A program made the position numbers and the translations under genes. A stretch of DNA of 63,320 nucleotides, filler included, from Folioceros fuciformis (taxonomy: Eukaryota), in the NCBI GenBank assembly GCA_049999805.1. It is 8 parts of 8 records of this genome, joined end to end, with 100 filler letters (N's around TTAATTAATTAA, not from the genome) between each part and the next. Parts side by side here need not be neighbours in the genome. Positions count along the whole stretch, not along the records: positions 46,909 to 56,110 come from JBNGIO010003241.1; positions 56,211 to 61,437 come from JBNGIO010003242.1; 6 more parts are not named here. One strand, 5' to 3'. Under the pieces are notes generated by a model. It saw nothing but the letters and a program-made list of their open reading frames with translations. It ran no database searches and had not been told where the DNA came from. Shown piece by piece: positions 48,515 to 61,437 of the stretch (position 1 is the stretch's first letter; each line of letters opens with the position of its first letter).

Positions 48515-49995
48515 ACGCCGACTACATTTCACGCTTGCAGACTGAGGAAGTGATTCGGAACTAGGAGGATGAGTTTCCCGATGAAACTCTGTTCGCGACA
48601 TAGATGGAGGACGAAGCGGCCGCGCCCAACCAGAAACAATGTGAAGATGAAGGCATAGCAGGAAATGAGAAGGGGAGGGTCGGTTTCATCAGACCCACTT
48701 GCCAAGAGGTGTTTGAATTCCTGGAGACGGGCAACATCCCCATCGATTTATCTAGACAACAGTAATAGGCGTCTATGCATTATGCCTAACCGTTCATCTG
48801 TAATGGAAATGAATTGTATCGCGTAGGGCCCGATGGAAGGGAAAGGCTGTGGATAACAGAGGGAAGGATCGATCGAGTGCTTGCAGTGTTGCATGAGGAA
48901 GAGGCAGGTGGACACTTCGCTGCGCATATCACCTGCAAGAAAATTTTGGAAACAAGATACTAGTGGCCAGTCGTATGCTCAAGGACACCAGGGAATTCAT
49001 CAAGAACTGCGATACGTGTTAGAGGGTGGTAAACCAACTGCGACCACGCAATGGCCTTTGGTCCCGATTCTAGCTTTGGCTCCGTCCGAGAAATGGGGAA
49101 TCGACTTCGTGGGGCCTATCCAGCCAGAAACAAGGATCCGATAAAATCAGTAAATGCTTGTGGCCACATACTACTATACGCGCATGGTGGAAGCGTAACC
49201 CCTTCAGGTGGACACAACTCACGTGGTGGCCAAGTTTTTGTTTGAGCAGGTGATCGCCCGCTATGGATGTCCCTTAGAACTGGTGAGCGATCGAGGTACA
49301 CACTTTGTGAACGAAGTCATTTACCATCTAGCTGAGTACTTCAATGTGCGACACCAAAAGACGACCCCTTACAACCCGAAAGCCAATGGACTGACGGAGA
49401 AGGCGAATGGACTCTTGTGCCGGATTCTTAACAAGCTCACTGTGGAGTATGCTTACGAATGGGACCTCAAGCTTTATTCGGCAGTATGGGCATACAGGAC
49501 AGCGGAAAGGATCACCACGCAGAAGACGCCGTACTACCTCACCTATGGGCATCATTCTGTGATGCCAGTAGAATTTGTTAGAAGTTCCAACTTTACGTGT
49601 TCAGAGGGAGGAGTGCATGTTTGTGGAGGAGAGTCGACTGGAATGACTAGTAAATTTCGTAAGGCACACTAAAAACAAGGAACAGGCTAGTACTAGAGGC
49701 TATGCAGGAAATGCAGGTGAAACGAACGGAGTGGTATGACCACAAGTTGAGGAAGCAGGAGTGGGTGACACTCGAGGACTTAGCCCTGCTGTATGACAAC
49801 AGGTACATGCATTTTCCTAGGAAACTGCATCTGAGGTGGATGGGGCCGTACCGGGTAGTTGAGGTCTTTGCAAACGGATCCATTTCAATTGTAGCAGTTG
49901 GATGGGCAACTGTTGCCAACCAAAGTCAACGGTTGGCGAGTGAAGAAGTATTACGCCTAGGTTGGCGAGGGCACCAACAAATGAGAAGGGGAGTA
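48515..49995 (+). mobile_element. Ty3/Gypsy (Athila/Tat-like, non-chromovirus) integrase remnant plus PPT
   Basis: H...GGHF; KWGIDFVGPI; LVSDRGTHF; TTPYNPKANG..EKAN; RWMGPYRV; KVNGWRVKKYY; PPT GAGAAGGGGAG before TGTAGAGG. Confidence 0.92.
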
Positions 49996-52900
49996 TGTAG
50001 AGGAAAAAATATTTGCGAACCCCCTTCTTGAGTGACAAATATGGTGGACTTTGGTTTTTTTTGTGAAGTAGAGGAGAAAGCGGCTTAGGTTGAGAATAAA
50101 ACAAGGGTATTTGTACACAAGACCTCCTTGGACCATGGGTTTTTGGAGTGACCCAGTAGTCAGCCAGTTGTCCGGGGTAGCTAGTTCGTCCTTGGGTCTT
50201 GGTGGTGGAATGGCCACTAGGGAGCCTATATATGTAGAACCCCCTGCACCCACCCCCTTATATTAGAAATATGAACTGACCGCTAGGTAAGGCATGTCGT
50301 GGACTTAGGCTAGAAAATAAGGACGTTGTGACTCAGCAACGGTGGTGGAACATGAACCACCGCCATGGAAGGACAACGGGCGGTAGCGCTCCAGGCGGTG
50401 GCGGAACTAGAATGACCCGACAGGAGAAAAAACCTAAGTAAGGGCTAGGAGTGTCCAAAAGTGATTTCGAAAAGGGAGCGCAACCGAGGAGTCGGGGAGC
50501 GGAAGTGGTGGACGGGACGTGAGTAGGAGACAGGCGACGTGAGCAGGAAGAAGCAAGCGCAGCAGCTTCTGGGCGAGACAGGGGCAGCACAGGTGTCGAC
50601 CAGCCAAGGGGAAGGCGCGGAGTCGAGAGAAGGCTGAGAAGGATGAAGTTGGAGAGGTCCGTTGCAGAGCTGGCGCCGGTGATGAGGAGCAGGTCCTTGC
50701 GCCTTAGGTCGAGGTTGCTTTCTTGCCGAATATGGACCACTGGAGAGCCAGAGCCGGCGGGCTGGTGGAAGAGCTAGGCCTCGGGTTCATGGCCCAAGGT
50801 CGGAACCACGCAGCTCCTACCCTGGTGCAAGAGTGTGCTCGACGCCTGAGAAACTCGGCGGAGGAAGGAATGCGAGGAAACCCATAGGACTGGAGCGCGG
50901 ATCTGGTACGGACGATGTATGGGCGCAGCCAGGAGGAGGTAGGAGGACGGGCCCTCGAATCGATGAAGAAACGCAGCACCACGGCAGCAGCGGCGGCGCT
51001 ATTCAAGGTGGGAATCGGGAGAATAGCCAACAGTTGGTTGGCAAGGGAGATGGTGACGGCCCATCTCATGGGGCTGGCGAGGTGGTTCCGGTGCTTCCTA
51101 TAGAACAGGAAGCAAGACTACCTCTCTAATCAGATGCTTTTATTCCTGCACAAGGTCGTCAAGGGTAGTCGGGTTGATTGGGGAAAAATCTTGTATGATC
51201 GATTGAATGAGGAGAGGTAGAACCTGACCTCCCCCTCTCCCCGCTCATTGATGATCTCCCCGTTTCTTGTCCACTTGTATTGTGACGCTAACATCTTACC
51301 TGAGATCGAAATTGTTGCCTCGCTGCATATGTGGAAGCCAGTCAGGGAAGTAAAATGGAAGCCGGAGGAGACGAAGGAAGAAGCTGACTCTAGCAGTTGG
51401 GAATCGGGAGCCATAGGGAGCTCAAAAGAGGAAGCCCCGACCAACAGGAAGCGGAAGACAGGAGCAGGGCAGAAGACCCCTGCCAAGAAGAGGAAGGTTG
51501 GTGGGCGAGTCGCCAAGGTGACGGGCGAATCAGCGCAATAGGAAGTCGTCCAGAAACTGGCCGACACAACACTGGAGGCACCTCAGGAAAAAGTGCCAAG
51601 GGAGGAAGCGGGCCCGGCTGAGGTGGCGGGTGGTTAGGGCAAGTTCAGGAGGAGGAACCCTTTCCAGGATGGGAAGGGATTTTCAGGGGCATCCCTCTGG
51701 TGACCAAGCTGCAAGCGGAGGATTTGGCCACAGTACGTGTGCTGCTTGGGAGGCAGATCCTGGACAGGAGGTGGCTTCTGGGGGCGAGCCACAGCAGGTG
51801 GACTTGCCAGGCCTGACTACGGCCATGGTGTAGGCACAAGCAGAGATGTTGGACCAAGCTGCCAAGGCATTGACCTGGTTGAGTATGCAGGGGCAGAAGG
51901 AAGCAAAGGCGCAGGAGAAGATGACAGAGGCTGAGGCAAGTCGGCAGCAGCTGGAGGAGATTTGGCAAACCCTGAGTGCAGCTGTGGGGGAAAATATTGT
52001 ACCCGGGGGTACCGTGAGGTCCAACCAAACCCTCTATGTCGTTATAGCACTGGGATTCCATCCCTAGGGAATGATTTGTGTCAAATAACACAGGTTTCTT
52101 CTAAAAGTTGACTCTAACTTGGGTCAGGCTTTACCTACCTCCAGTTCCACTACCTGCTAGATCAACTACCCCTACCCCTTAGCGGCTTAGCTACTTTGGC
52201 CTGAAGTTACCACCCCCAAGACTCACTCAGCTACCAGGGTAGGGGTATCTACCACTACCAGCCTTCCACTACTAGTGAGGCCTCCACCACCGGTAGTCGA
52301 TTCCACTATCGGGGTGGGTCCCACCTCAAGTTTCTAACTAATACGCGTTGTTTTGGTTATCACCGCGGGTTCCTACTTAACTTCCCAAGTAGTAAGTCAG
52401 AGTTACGTGACTCCCCACTCAGACAATCAGGTCCCACGACGTCACTCCCTTTGTTGCCGCTTGCACAGCACTTCCATACACACCGGGTCCTACCCAACGG
52501 ATAAATCTCACGGTCACTCTCACCCCCTAGCTACCGTCGCGGCCCTTTGACAGTCACTCAACACACTCTCATGCCCCTGACTCTGGTCGGCTCTTCTCAC
52601 GGCTCTCACACACACACGGAACACTTGTCACACGCTGTTATCCAACGTACAAATACCCCCTTCCAGTACCTTTATTAACCACGGCTCCTCCACGGACTCT
52701 CAACCGTTCCAAGCTCTAGGCTCTCTCAATCATCCCCCACACACACTCACCCGCGGTCAACCCACACACACACACTAATGCCTGTGGAGAAAGCAAGAAA
52801 CGTGGGTGCCAGTTTTTGTTATTTGTAACACAGCTGGAGATGTTTTCTGAGGTTGCTGAACTGAGACTACATTGAAGGGAGCACATTGATTCAACGGGAG

Positions 52901-55900
52901 AGTATTGTCATGTATGTTAGCGAGTGATTCAGCTTCAAATTGTACCCTTGCTTTTTACTACCTGTCCACAACTAAGAAGGAGTGGGTGAAGTATAACTTG
53001 CTCCGTAAGACAACTGCTTTTCAGATCCTGATTGACCATGAGTGTAAGGTGTTTTTAAGGAAGTATCGTGATGTGCAAGCAATCCTTGAGCGGGATGTTT
53101 TTTTTCTGCCTAGAGACATAAGAAATTTGCAGGCAAGGTTGGATTCCAGGGTGTGGCGATTCCATGGAAATGATGAGGTGAGTGTCAAGCTATGGATAGA
53201 TGTCCATAGAGAGGAGGTATTTTTCCCTTTGCCAGGAGAAGAACTACATGCCAAGGATTTTATGTTAGACATCCAAACAGATTTTCAGTTACAGTCTATG
53301 TTGCGTTGGGGTCACAAGTCAGTGATATGTGTGGATGCTACATTTGGCACCAATAAGTGGAAGTTCCAGCTATTCACTCTATTGGTTTTTTACGATCATT
53401 TTAACGGTATCCCTGTGGCTTGGGTGATTACCAGCAAGGCTACGGCAGCCAATATTTCTCACAACAGCTCCTTCCACCGACTCAACAACATTTGCATACA
53501 CACCCACACATAGGTACCTCAGCGTACTTCCACAACTTCGTCACCATTCCAACTCTGTCACACATCATTCACAGCCCCCTTCCCTCAGTCAATAGATCAG
53601 GAAGTAAGGGAGGGAGAGGCACTCCCTCCACTCCGCGATCGGCGGATTTGCCTTCCTCCCCGCATTCTCGTTCCTTCACTTTTCCTCTACCACTTGCACT
53701 TGTTCTCTCAGTTCCTTCATCCACTCATTTCTCATTCTCTCGTCACAACACCCCTTCTTTACTTGCTCATTCCACCGTTCCACATTCTCGCTCTTCTCAA
53801 CGCTCTTCTCCTCTCAATAGTTAAAGCGCGGTCCAGACGTCAGGGAATAAGGGAAGCGAAGGTCGCTTCCTCTCCGCAATCGGCGAATTCATCCCCCTTC
53901 GCCTTCAACGCAACACACAACGAGTTAGAACCAGGCATAGCAGGGAAGTTGTCCTCCACTCGGTGAGGGTTCTCCTCCTGATTCATCCCTAGAGCCTCCT
54001 CGTCGAGGAGCAACCAAACCACGATGCCCCCACCCAGGAACGATGCGCGCACTCGCCTACTCGGATCTCCCTATCCGGCAGCGGTTGTCACCAAGCCTCC
54101 TCAAAGTCGGGGATGTCGATTTTTCGCTACGTTGTGAGGTGCCAACATGCCTCTTGTACATGCTGGTGGCGGGTCTGCTTCTGCCATTAAGTCTGGTCCG
54201 CGGATAGGAGGTGCTCTTAATTATGAGCGGCACGTGGTCCAAGAAAAAGCATCACCTAAGATCCTATAGGATTCTATCCGAGGATGCATTCACTTTCGCC
54301 TATTTTTATCGCCGCGCTCGCCTTCCGCCTGGCTATCGCGCTCCTCCTCTCGCTCTCCCGCCTCTGGCTCTCCTTCCCCGCTATTGGTCGAGCAAATCCT
54401 CCCAGAGGATTTCCACCTCACTGCTGCTGCTACTGGACGCTCCTGGCGGCGGCGTAGGTGGGTCCCATTGCGGGGAACTCCTTCCCTCCTCCCGTCGCCT
54501 GCTGCTGAGGACAAGCACCGGCTCCCATTTGACCCACGCCTGCGCCTCCTCCGTCAGCTCCACCAAGACTGCCTCTGAGTAGAAATGAGGCAATCCCCAC
54601 ACTCGGCAACAGTAGTAGAAGGACCCCTTGTGGGTCCTCAGTTGTAGGCCGTAGCCCCTCGTCCCTCCTAAGCCCACACGCACATATACAATCAACTTCA
54701 GCACACGGGCTCCTTCCACATAGACGCCAGGCACAAAAGTGGCCTCCTCCTCATAGCGCAACACAATCCAACCCTCTGTTGCAAAGGAAGCGCTTACCCC
54801 CTCCTCCTGTGGGCTACTTCGGGCTCTGAGTGCGTGCAGTGTTCTTGGGTGGTGGCGTGCGAGGTTTCTTTGCTTTGCGACGGGTGGTTCCGGGTACGAA
54901 TCGGGAGGAGGCTCCTCACCGAGTGGAAGGCAAACTTCCCTACTATTCATGGTACTTTGCGTTGTCTGTCGCAATAGGAGCGACGGGGGACGAATCCGCC
55001 AATTGCGGAGTGGAAGTGGGCACCTACTTCCCTTATTCCCTGGCGTGCCACCTGCTCTTCAAATAGCGAGTGAAAAGTGAGTTAAGGTGAAGGCGGGCTG
55101 CGTGTTGGACTCGGAGGAGGGAGACGAATCCGCCGATTGCGGGGTGGAGGGAGATTCCATCCCTCCCTTATTTCCCGATTGTTGGTTGCGACCCGATCCT
55201 AGTCGCTGAGTAAGTGTTCGAGTGAAACTAGGTGAGAAGGAGAAGCGAGTGAGTGAGTGTGTGAGCCGAGACGTGAAGGTGAGAGATCGCGGTGTCTGCA
55301 GGGAGGGAGGCGAATCCGCCAATTGCGGAGAGGAAGGAGTGTCTCTCTTTCCCTTACTTCCCGAACTGTTGACCGTGAATGTTGAGTGTCTGAGAGAATG
55401 TTGAGGCGGTGACGAAGTTATTGAGAAATCGCTGAAGGAACTTTGAACTGTGGGAAATATTGTCCCAAGTCTGTGATATGAGAGATTGTCGAAAGGCTGC
55501 TTGGGGGTCATGGATGTTGCTGAGGACGAGTGTGGGCTGTGAGGAGTGACTGTATGTCGGAATCGGCATGTGTGGAAGTGTTGTGTGGTTGTGGGTGTAA
55601 GGTGTGTACACCCGTGGAGTCAGACTGTCTAAGTGTGTAACTGTGGGGTGTTAAGTAACTTCGACCCGCTACCCTGGGAAATCGGGCAGAAACCCCCGAG
55701 TAGAAACTCGCAGTGATACCAGAAACAACACGTGTTAGTTAGGACGTTGGGGTGGGACCCACCACGGTAGCGGAACCCCCTGCTGGTTGTGGAGACCCCT
55801 ACCGGTCGACCGTAGAGGAACCAGTAGTTGTAGAGACCCCTACTTGGGTGGTGGGGTGAGGTCTGAAGCCACGGAGTTGAGTCTGTGGTAGCTAGGCCAC

Positions 55901-56097
55901 CTGAGGGGTAGTGGTAGTGGACCTGTAGGTAGTGGAATTGGGGTAAGTAAGACCTGACCTAGGTAAGAGTCGATTTTAGAAGAGACTTGTGTTACTTGGC
56001 ACAAATTGTTCCCTTGGGATCAAATCCCTCAGCTACAATGACATAGAAGGTTTGTGTGGACCTCGCGGTACCCTCGGGTATAGTATTTTCCTCCACA
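49996..56097 (+). mobile_element. Giant 3' LTR (49996-51982 and ~54827-56097) interrupted by an inverted copy of the same LTR family (51983-~54826)
   Basis: Starts TGTAGAGGAAAAAATATTTG and ends TATTTTCCTCCACA; inverted insert starts TGTGGGGGAAAATATTGTACCC at 51983. Confidence 0.82.
52780..53455 (+). mobile_element. MULE transposase fragment inside the inverted LTR copy
   Basis: CVDATFGTNKWKFQLFTLLVFYDHFNGIPVAWVI; homologous to 39881-40273. Confidence 0.85.
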
Positions 56098-56405
56098 AGG
56101 ACCCCCACCCNNNNNNNNNNNNNNNNNNNNNNNNNNNNNNNNNNNNNNNNNNNNTTAATTAATTAANNNNNNNNNNNNNNNNNNNNNNNNNNNNNNNNNN
56201 NNNNNNNNNNTAATGAAATAGTTAAGTCACCTAAGGTTAGGTTGACTATATGCTAGTGGTTTTATGAACAGTTATAACCACTTACATAACTTTTGCATAT
56301 ATGCTTGATTTTCCCATGAACTTAATAACCGTTTTTCATTTTCTGCCGTGCTCATGTGCTTTCGCTCGCACCCGCTCGTGCCCCCTTGAATGATCCACAC
56401 TCGTT

Positions 56406-59400
56406 TTAGAGCTCATGCATGGAAAAGGCAAAACAGTCCCTGTACTTAAGCAGCAAGTTTTGAATGCGGTCCTGTTGCTTCAGACCGAGTTCCGAGCCCT
56501 TCTTCCAAGGGAAATTAGCTGCAGACAGCTTGGGTGTAGCTCCTGGATCCTCCTTTTCTGCCTTGGCTTGATCAGATGCTGAGTAAACAGTACGTGATGC
56601 CAATACTGCGTACTCCACCCCCCCAGCATCTAGCCAGAAAGGCAGCTGTGTGTATTCTGGGAATGGGAGGTGAACAACATCTCGAGGGCACATGCTAGCA
56701 AACAAGCCTAGGAGTAGCATGAGAGTGACCTGAGTGTGCAGCAAAAAGGCAAGGCACAAACTCACCAACCATGTGATGGCATGGAGGTCCATGGCTCATC
56801 CTAGAGTGCCCTTGTGCTGCCGATTGGTGATAGTGGGGGCCGCTGTACTGTGGGTTTGAAAACCCATAAGTCGCTCTCGCTCCTCAGTTGGTTCTTCCCA
56901 CCACTGCGTTTCAATATTCAATAATAAGCCAGCTCCTTCTCCCCTGTAAGCGAATGAACCTGGAAAGCTTACTAGCGTGGGCAACGTCTGCCTTGGTTGA
57001 CCTGGAATGTTGGTCTTGAACCAAGGGGCTTTCTCACTGGCCATCACAAGTCGTGGCTGATGGTAGTTCTCCAATACAGTACAAAGTTGCGGCCCTGCAT
57101 CCCTACTAGTGTTCCAGAGAGCCAAGTCCAACACGGAGACAGGGACCAAATTGGTCCAGTAGTTACGAAGCCTGTGGGCATAGCTACCCACCTGCACAAC
57201 ATCCATGAGGAATGGTGGCCCTGCAAAATGTCGCACAATGGCCATATCCTGCTGCACCTGTGGCCGGGTATCAAACTGGGCTGGTGTGTTCTCGAGCAGA
57301 TATGCACATTGAGGGTTACTATCTTGTGCCCATGCCAAGATTTGTTGGAGATCTCTAAACAGACCAGAACGTGGGTCTGTCAATCCTGCACCTACCCCAG
57401 CTTGAGAGAAACCTTGGCATTCCTAGCCAACTATGACCATGTCGATGGGGCCCAAGGTTTGGATGTGGCCCTACTGTATACATTGGACGTCCTGAGGTAA
57501 GGACATGAATGTATTAGCTAGAGCCTCAGCTGACAGTTGCTGTGGAAAACGATGTTGTAGACCCTGCAGCCAAAATGCAGCAATTTGCCTGGCAATGGGG
57601 TCTTTGTCACAGTAAAGGTACCTTTGAATGCCCAAACCTGTCAAGAGCAAAGCTTCGAACCCGGTACAAATACCACCAAATAGTTCAACGACTGTAAGGG
57701 CTAGCGCAGCCGGTGCCCATATGATGACAGTATTGTACACATAAGATGTGGGACAAGATGACAGAGTCTCGGCTTCCAACAATTGTTGCACCTTGCTGAC
57801 CTGCTCTTGTGCCTTGGTCAGCAATGCCTCTGCCTGCTCTAGACAGTCAGGCTGAACTAGAGCTCGCTGCAAATTGGTACACCTCACTTGGGCCTCTACA
57901 ACATTGGTCTCTAGATGCTTGTCCACTCGGTATGTGTCTTGGACAAGCTCCACCACATTGCTACTTTTGATACCAACTACAGCCGGGCTTTTCACCAAAG
58001 TGGTTACATCAACCTCCACCCGGCCATGCAAATCTAACGGCAGATGTGCAATGCAACAACCTCCTTGCTTCCAATAAGGCCTATAGAAGGCATGCTCAGT
58101 CCAGTTATCCACACCAACTCTTGGTGGAAAGAGGAACTCTTGCCCCAACAGCAAATCATAGTTGGTGGCTGTGGTTACCAGGCAGGGCAAGGACAATGTC
58201 ATGGCATCTGGCGTGCCCGAGTTCAAGGTGATGGCCAGGGGTTGGACTTTCTCACCACAAACTGGTTCAATAGCCCCGGATGCCGTCCTGATGTTCCAGG
58301 GCGATGTATGCAATGCATTACCCTGAAGATGCAACCTTACAGCCAGAATCTTCCCAACGAGTACTGGTTGGGCTCTCATGTCCAGTAACACCACTTTGGG
58401 TGCATACCCATTAATTGTGACGTGCCCACCACAATTGTCAACAACTGCATTGCTGACACGAGCCTGCAGTCGATTGGTGGACTGCACTTGTGATTGGCTA
58501 TCAACTCCCTCAGCTAGCTGTACAGTGTAAGAGCCATTGCAACGACTTGGTGCAGTCTACCCATCTGTAGAGTGTGACACCGCTGTTGGCAACACCCATT
58601 GTGAAGTGTATGCTGCACCCAGGCTAGGGTCAGCAGATGCAACCGTGGCTTCTGCAGTTTGAAGAACTTCCTTCAGCCTGCTATGTGATGCCCATGTCCT
58701 GCAGTGTGAAAACTGGCACCTGAGTTAGCTTGGCAGCCAGTTGTGTGACTGTGGTGGCTTGAGGTAAGATATACACATGCTCTGGTGTTGGCATGCTCTG
58801 GCTAGCTGTTCCACACGCAGCGTTGAGTGCTCTTGGCCTCGTACCGGAATTGCAGACCCCTGTGGCATCGGGGAAAAGGACTTTGGCATGGTAGCCCTGG
58901 CCCCTCGATTCCTGGTGACAGGCCCTAAGGCAGGTGCTGTTGTTCCCATGACCACCTGTAAATTCTACCTCACCCATGTGGCTGGCAATTCAACCTCCAT
59001 GCTGTTGTGACCAATTCTGTCAACCGTACATACTTGGTGTGTTGGGCCATAATCCTCATCCTCTTGTACCGGTACCAACTTCACTGCATTGGTTGGTTTG
59101 CAAGAGCAGGTGATGCTGGACAGGTTGGCTGTCAAGACTCCAAGTTGAGCTGTCATGGCGGCCATGGAAGCCTCAAGGGAGCTAATCTTATCAGTAGTGG
59201 CGGCTGCCTTAGCCTTGGCCTTGTCACGTTGCTGCTTACTGCGGGACAACCCAACAGCGCTCCTCGTTCCTCCTGCTTCCACACTCGCAATTGTGGCTCC
59301 TGTAGATCCCATGGTACCAATCTTCTAGTATCTTTGTTCGAGGTGCTTTTGGAAGCACACAGTAACCAGTGTCCATTCTTCTAGCAATGGGTGCAGTAGA

Positions 59401-59959
59401 GTCCCTCCGGAGGACACTTGCATGCAGGGGACATGTGCTCAGGGCTGCCACAATTGTTACACATGGCTACCACTGCTGCCGCTGGAGCTACCTTAACTGG
59501 CTTAGTCTGACTAGTCTTGGCTCCTGCACCTGTGTTAGCTGCCCCCTTGCTAAAGAACATGGACTGGTAGTGCGTGAAGGCCTTGAAATGCCAAGAGGCA
59601 TAGGCCAAGAAGGCTACCTCCTTCTTCTCAGCTTCTTCATGCACTTGCTCCAAAGTGTACTTGTCCCCATATTTGTCCACCAAGGACGTAACCAGCTGGA
59701 AATGAAACAACGGGTCTCCTTCAAGTGCAGTCAAAAACCTCTGCGCTGCTTCCTGATTTGTTAACATCCTTGTACCTTCCCTTAATTTTTGTAGCCTCCT
59801 GAAGCACATCTGGACTGTCTCCCCCTTTTTGTGAGCAAAGGCAGCAAGTTTTGCAATTTTCTCTGGGGTCTTTAGTGGGAATGCCCTCTCCAAAATAGCT
59901 AGGAACTCCTCCACTGGGTTCAAGTACTTGCAGGTGTGTAGAAACTCCTGCACACCAGT
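56406..59959 (-). mobile_element. Ty3/Gypsy-type retrotransposon remnant: gag (CCHC), aspartic protease, C5-DNA methyltransferase, pre-RT linker
   Basis: Gag with CNNCGSPEHMSPAC and CTHC knuckles; protease VLLDMRAQPV..YDLLLGQEFL; DNMT motifs; QQDRIQNLLLKYRDCFAFSMHEL is typical of the segment just before Gypsy RT. Confidence 0.85.
56760..57700 (-). pseudogene. Dnmt3-like C5-cytosine methyltransferase domain embedded in the retrotransposon polyprotein
   Basis: Motif I VVELFGGICTG; IV GPIDMVIVG*ECQGFSQAG; VI YLLENT; VIII AHRLRNYWTNL; IX ERERLMGF; X TLG*AMDLHAITWL; one reading frame with 3 premature stops. Confidence 0.88.
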
Positions 59960-61437
59960 TGTCGCAGTGACGCGATTAGCACAACCGTACACACAATACA
60001 AAGTTGCATTAAAAGAAGATCACACACACAATAGTTCTTGGTAGGTTTTTGTGCACGCACGGTGACTCGACAGTTATTCGTGAAAAATGACTTCTAACCC
60101 TAACTACTTACATTTAAGCTAGGTATAGAATTTAACCCTATATAAAGAGGGCCGAATAAACATATCCAACACCCCCACTTGAGGTCCGACTTATACAGTT
60201 CCTAATCCTAATGACGCTCCTACGCTCCACACTCCTCCTGATGCAGCGGCAGCTGGAATTCCTTATTGCAGCACTCTCTTAGGTTATCACCATACTTGAT
60301 ATTGTCACTGCAGAACTTGGAGCTGCCCACAACGCGCTTGCTGAAGATGATCACCCGCCGCCACGCTTAAACCCAGCTGCCAGGCTTTCCAGTACAATTT
60401 AGGCAGAGGCCACCTTCTCTTTCTCTACCTCGCAGCTCTTAAGCCTGCATCAGTGGCGGCAGCTCCCAATCGGCACTAAAAACGGCTGCACACTTGTCTC
60501 CCGCGGCGCCGACTGGGCTCCGCCCTCCTTCATCTGCAGAAAAACAGGCCTTTATCTGCTGCGAGTAAGGATCGATGCCGAGTCCTCACCTGACACTAGC
60601 TGGAACTTCTACACAGCTGATAGTCTGGAGGTGGATGAGGCGTAGACAAGATGTTTGATGCTACTTCTCACAGGCGGCTATGCCCAGCCTAATTGCATGT
60701 TTATTATGCAGCTCTCTAGGCAGGGCTTTGGTCAGTAGGTCTGCAGGGTTCTCAGCTGTAGAAATATAGCTAATTGCCATCTGACCATTGCTCACCACTT
60801 CTCTGATAAAATAGTGATGTATTTCCATATGCTTCACTCTGGAGTGGAACACTGGGTTTCTTGTGAGCGCTATGGTGCCTTGGTTGTCACAGTGAAGGAT
60901 GGTGGCTTTTGACTGCTTCATACCAACATCAGATAAGTTTCGCCTAATCCAGATTGCTTCTTTAGCCGCTACTGTTAATGCTTTGTATTTAGCTTCCGTG
61001 CTGGAAGTTGACACAGTTGCCTGCTTCTTGCTTGTCCAGGCAATCGGACCTCCGGCCAACAAGAACACAAAAGCTGAAAGCGACTTCCTGCTGTCCAGGT
61101 CAGACGCCCAGTCTGAGTCATAGAAGCCCTTCAAGGTCAACAGCTCATCCTCTGTCCCGGCATACGTGATTCCATGCGTTGGTGTCGACTTCAAGTACCT
61201 GAATGTTCTTTTTACTTGGCTCCAGTGCTCAGGATGTGGTTTTTCCAAGAATTGTGACTGAATGCTAACAGGGAACGCAATGTCTGGTCTTGTGACATTT
61301 GACAAGTAGATCAAAGTCCCAACAGCATGCCGATATGGAGTTCTGGACATCTCTTCAGCTTCCTCAGGTGACATGGGATCTGAATTTTTCGTCAGCTTCA
61401 GCCCTGTGGCTAGAGGAGTGGCACATCCATTCGCATT
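59960..61437 (-). mobile_element. Copia 3' end (RT/RNase H 60661-61437, PPT, 3' LTR 59960-60171) inserted into the gag of the DNMT-Gypsy
   Basis: YDSDWA; WTSKKQ; FHSRVKHME; ADLLTKAL; minus strand AAGTGGGGG|TGTTGGATATG...CTGCGACA. Confidence 0.88.

Noticed and set aside
54986-55363. Hammerhead ribozymes in the LTR repeats
   Set aside because: The three-way topology is similar, but the CUGANGA / GAAA / UH core was not found on either strand.
56760-57700. Host DRM/CMT/MET1 gene or bacterial restriction-modification MTase
   Set aside because: No introns or UBA/BAH/chromo domains, motif order is not permuted as in DRM, no cognate nuclease is present, and it is in frame with a retroviral-type protease.
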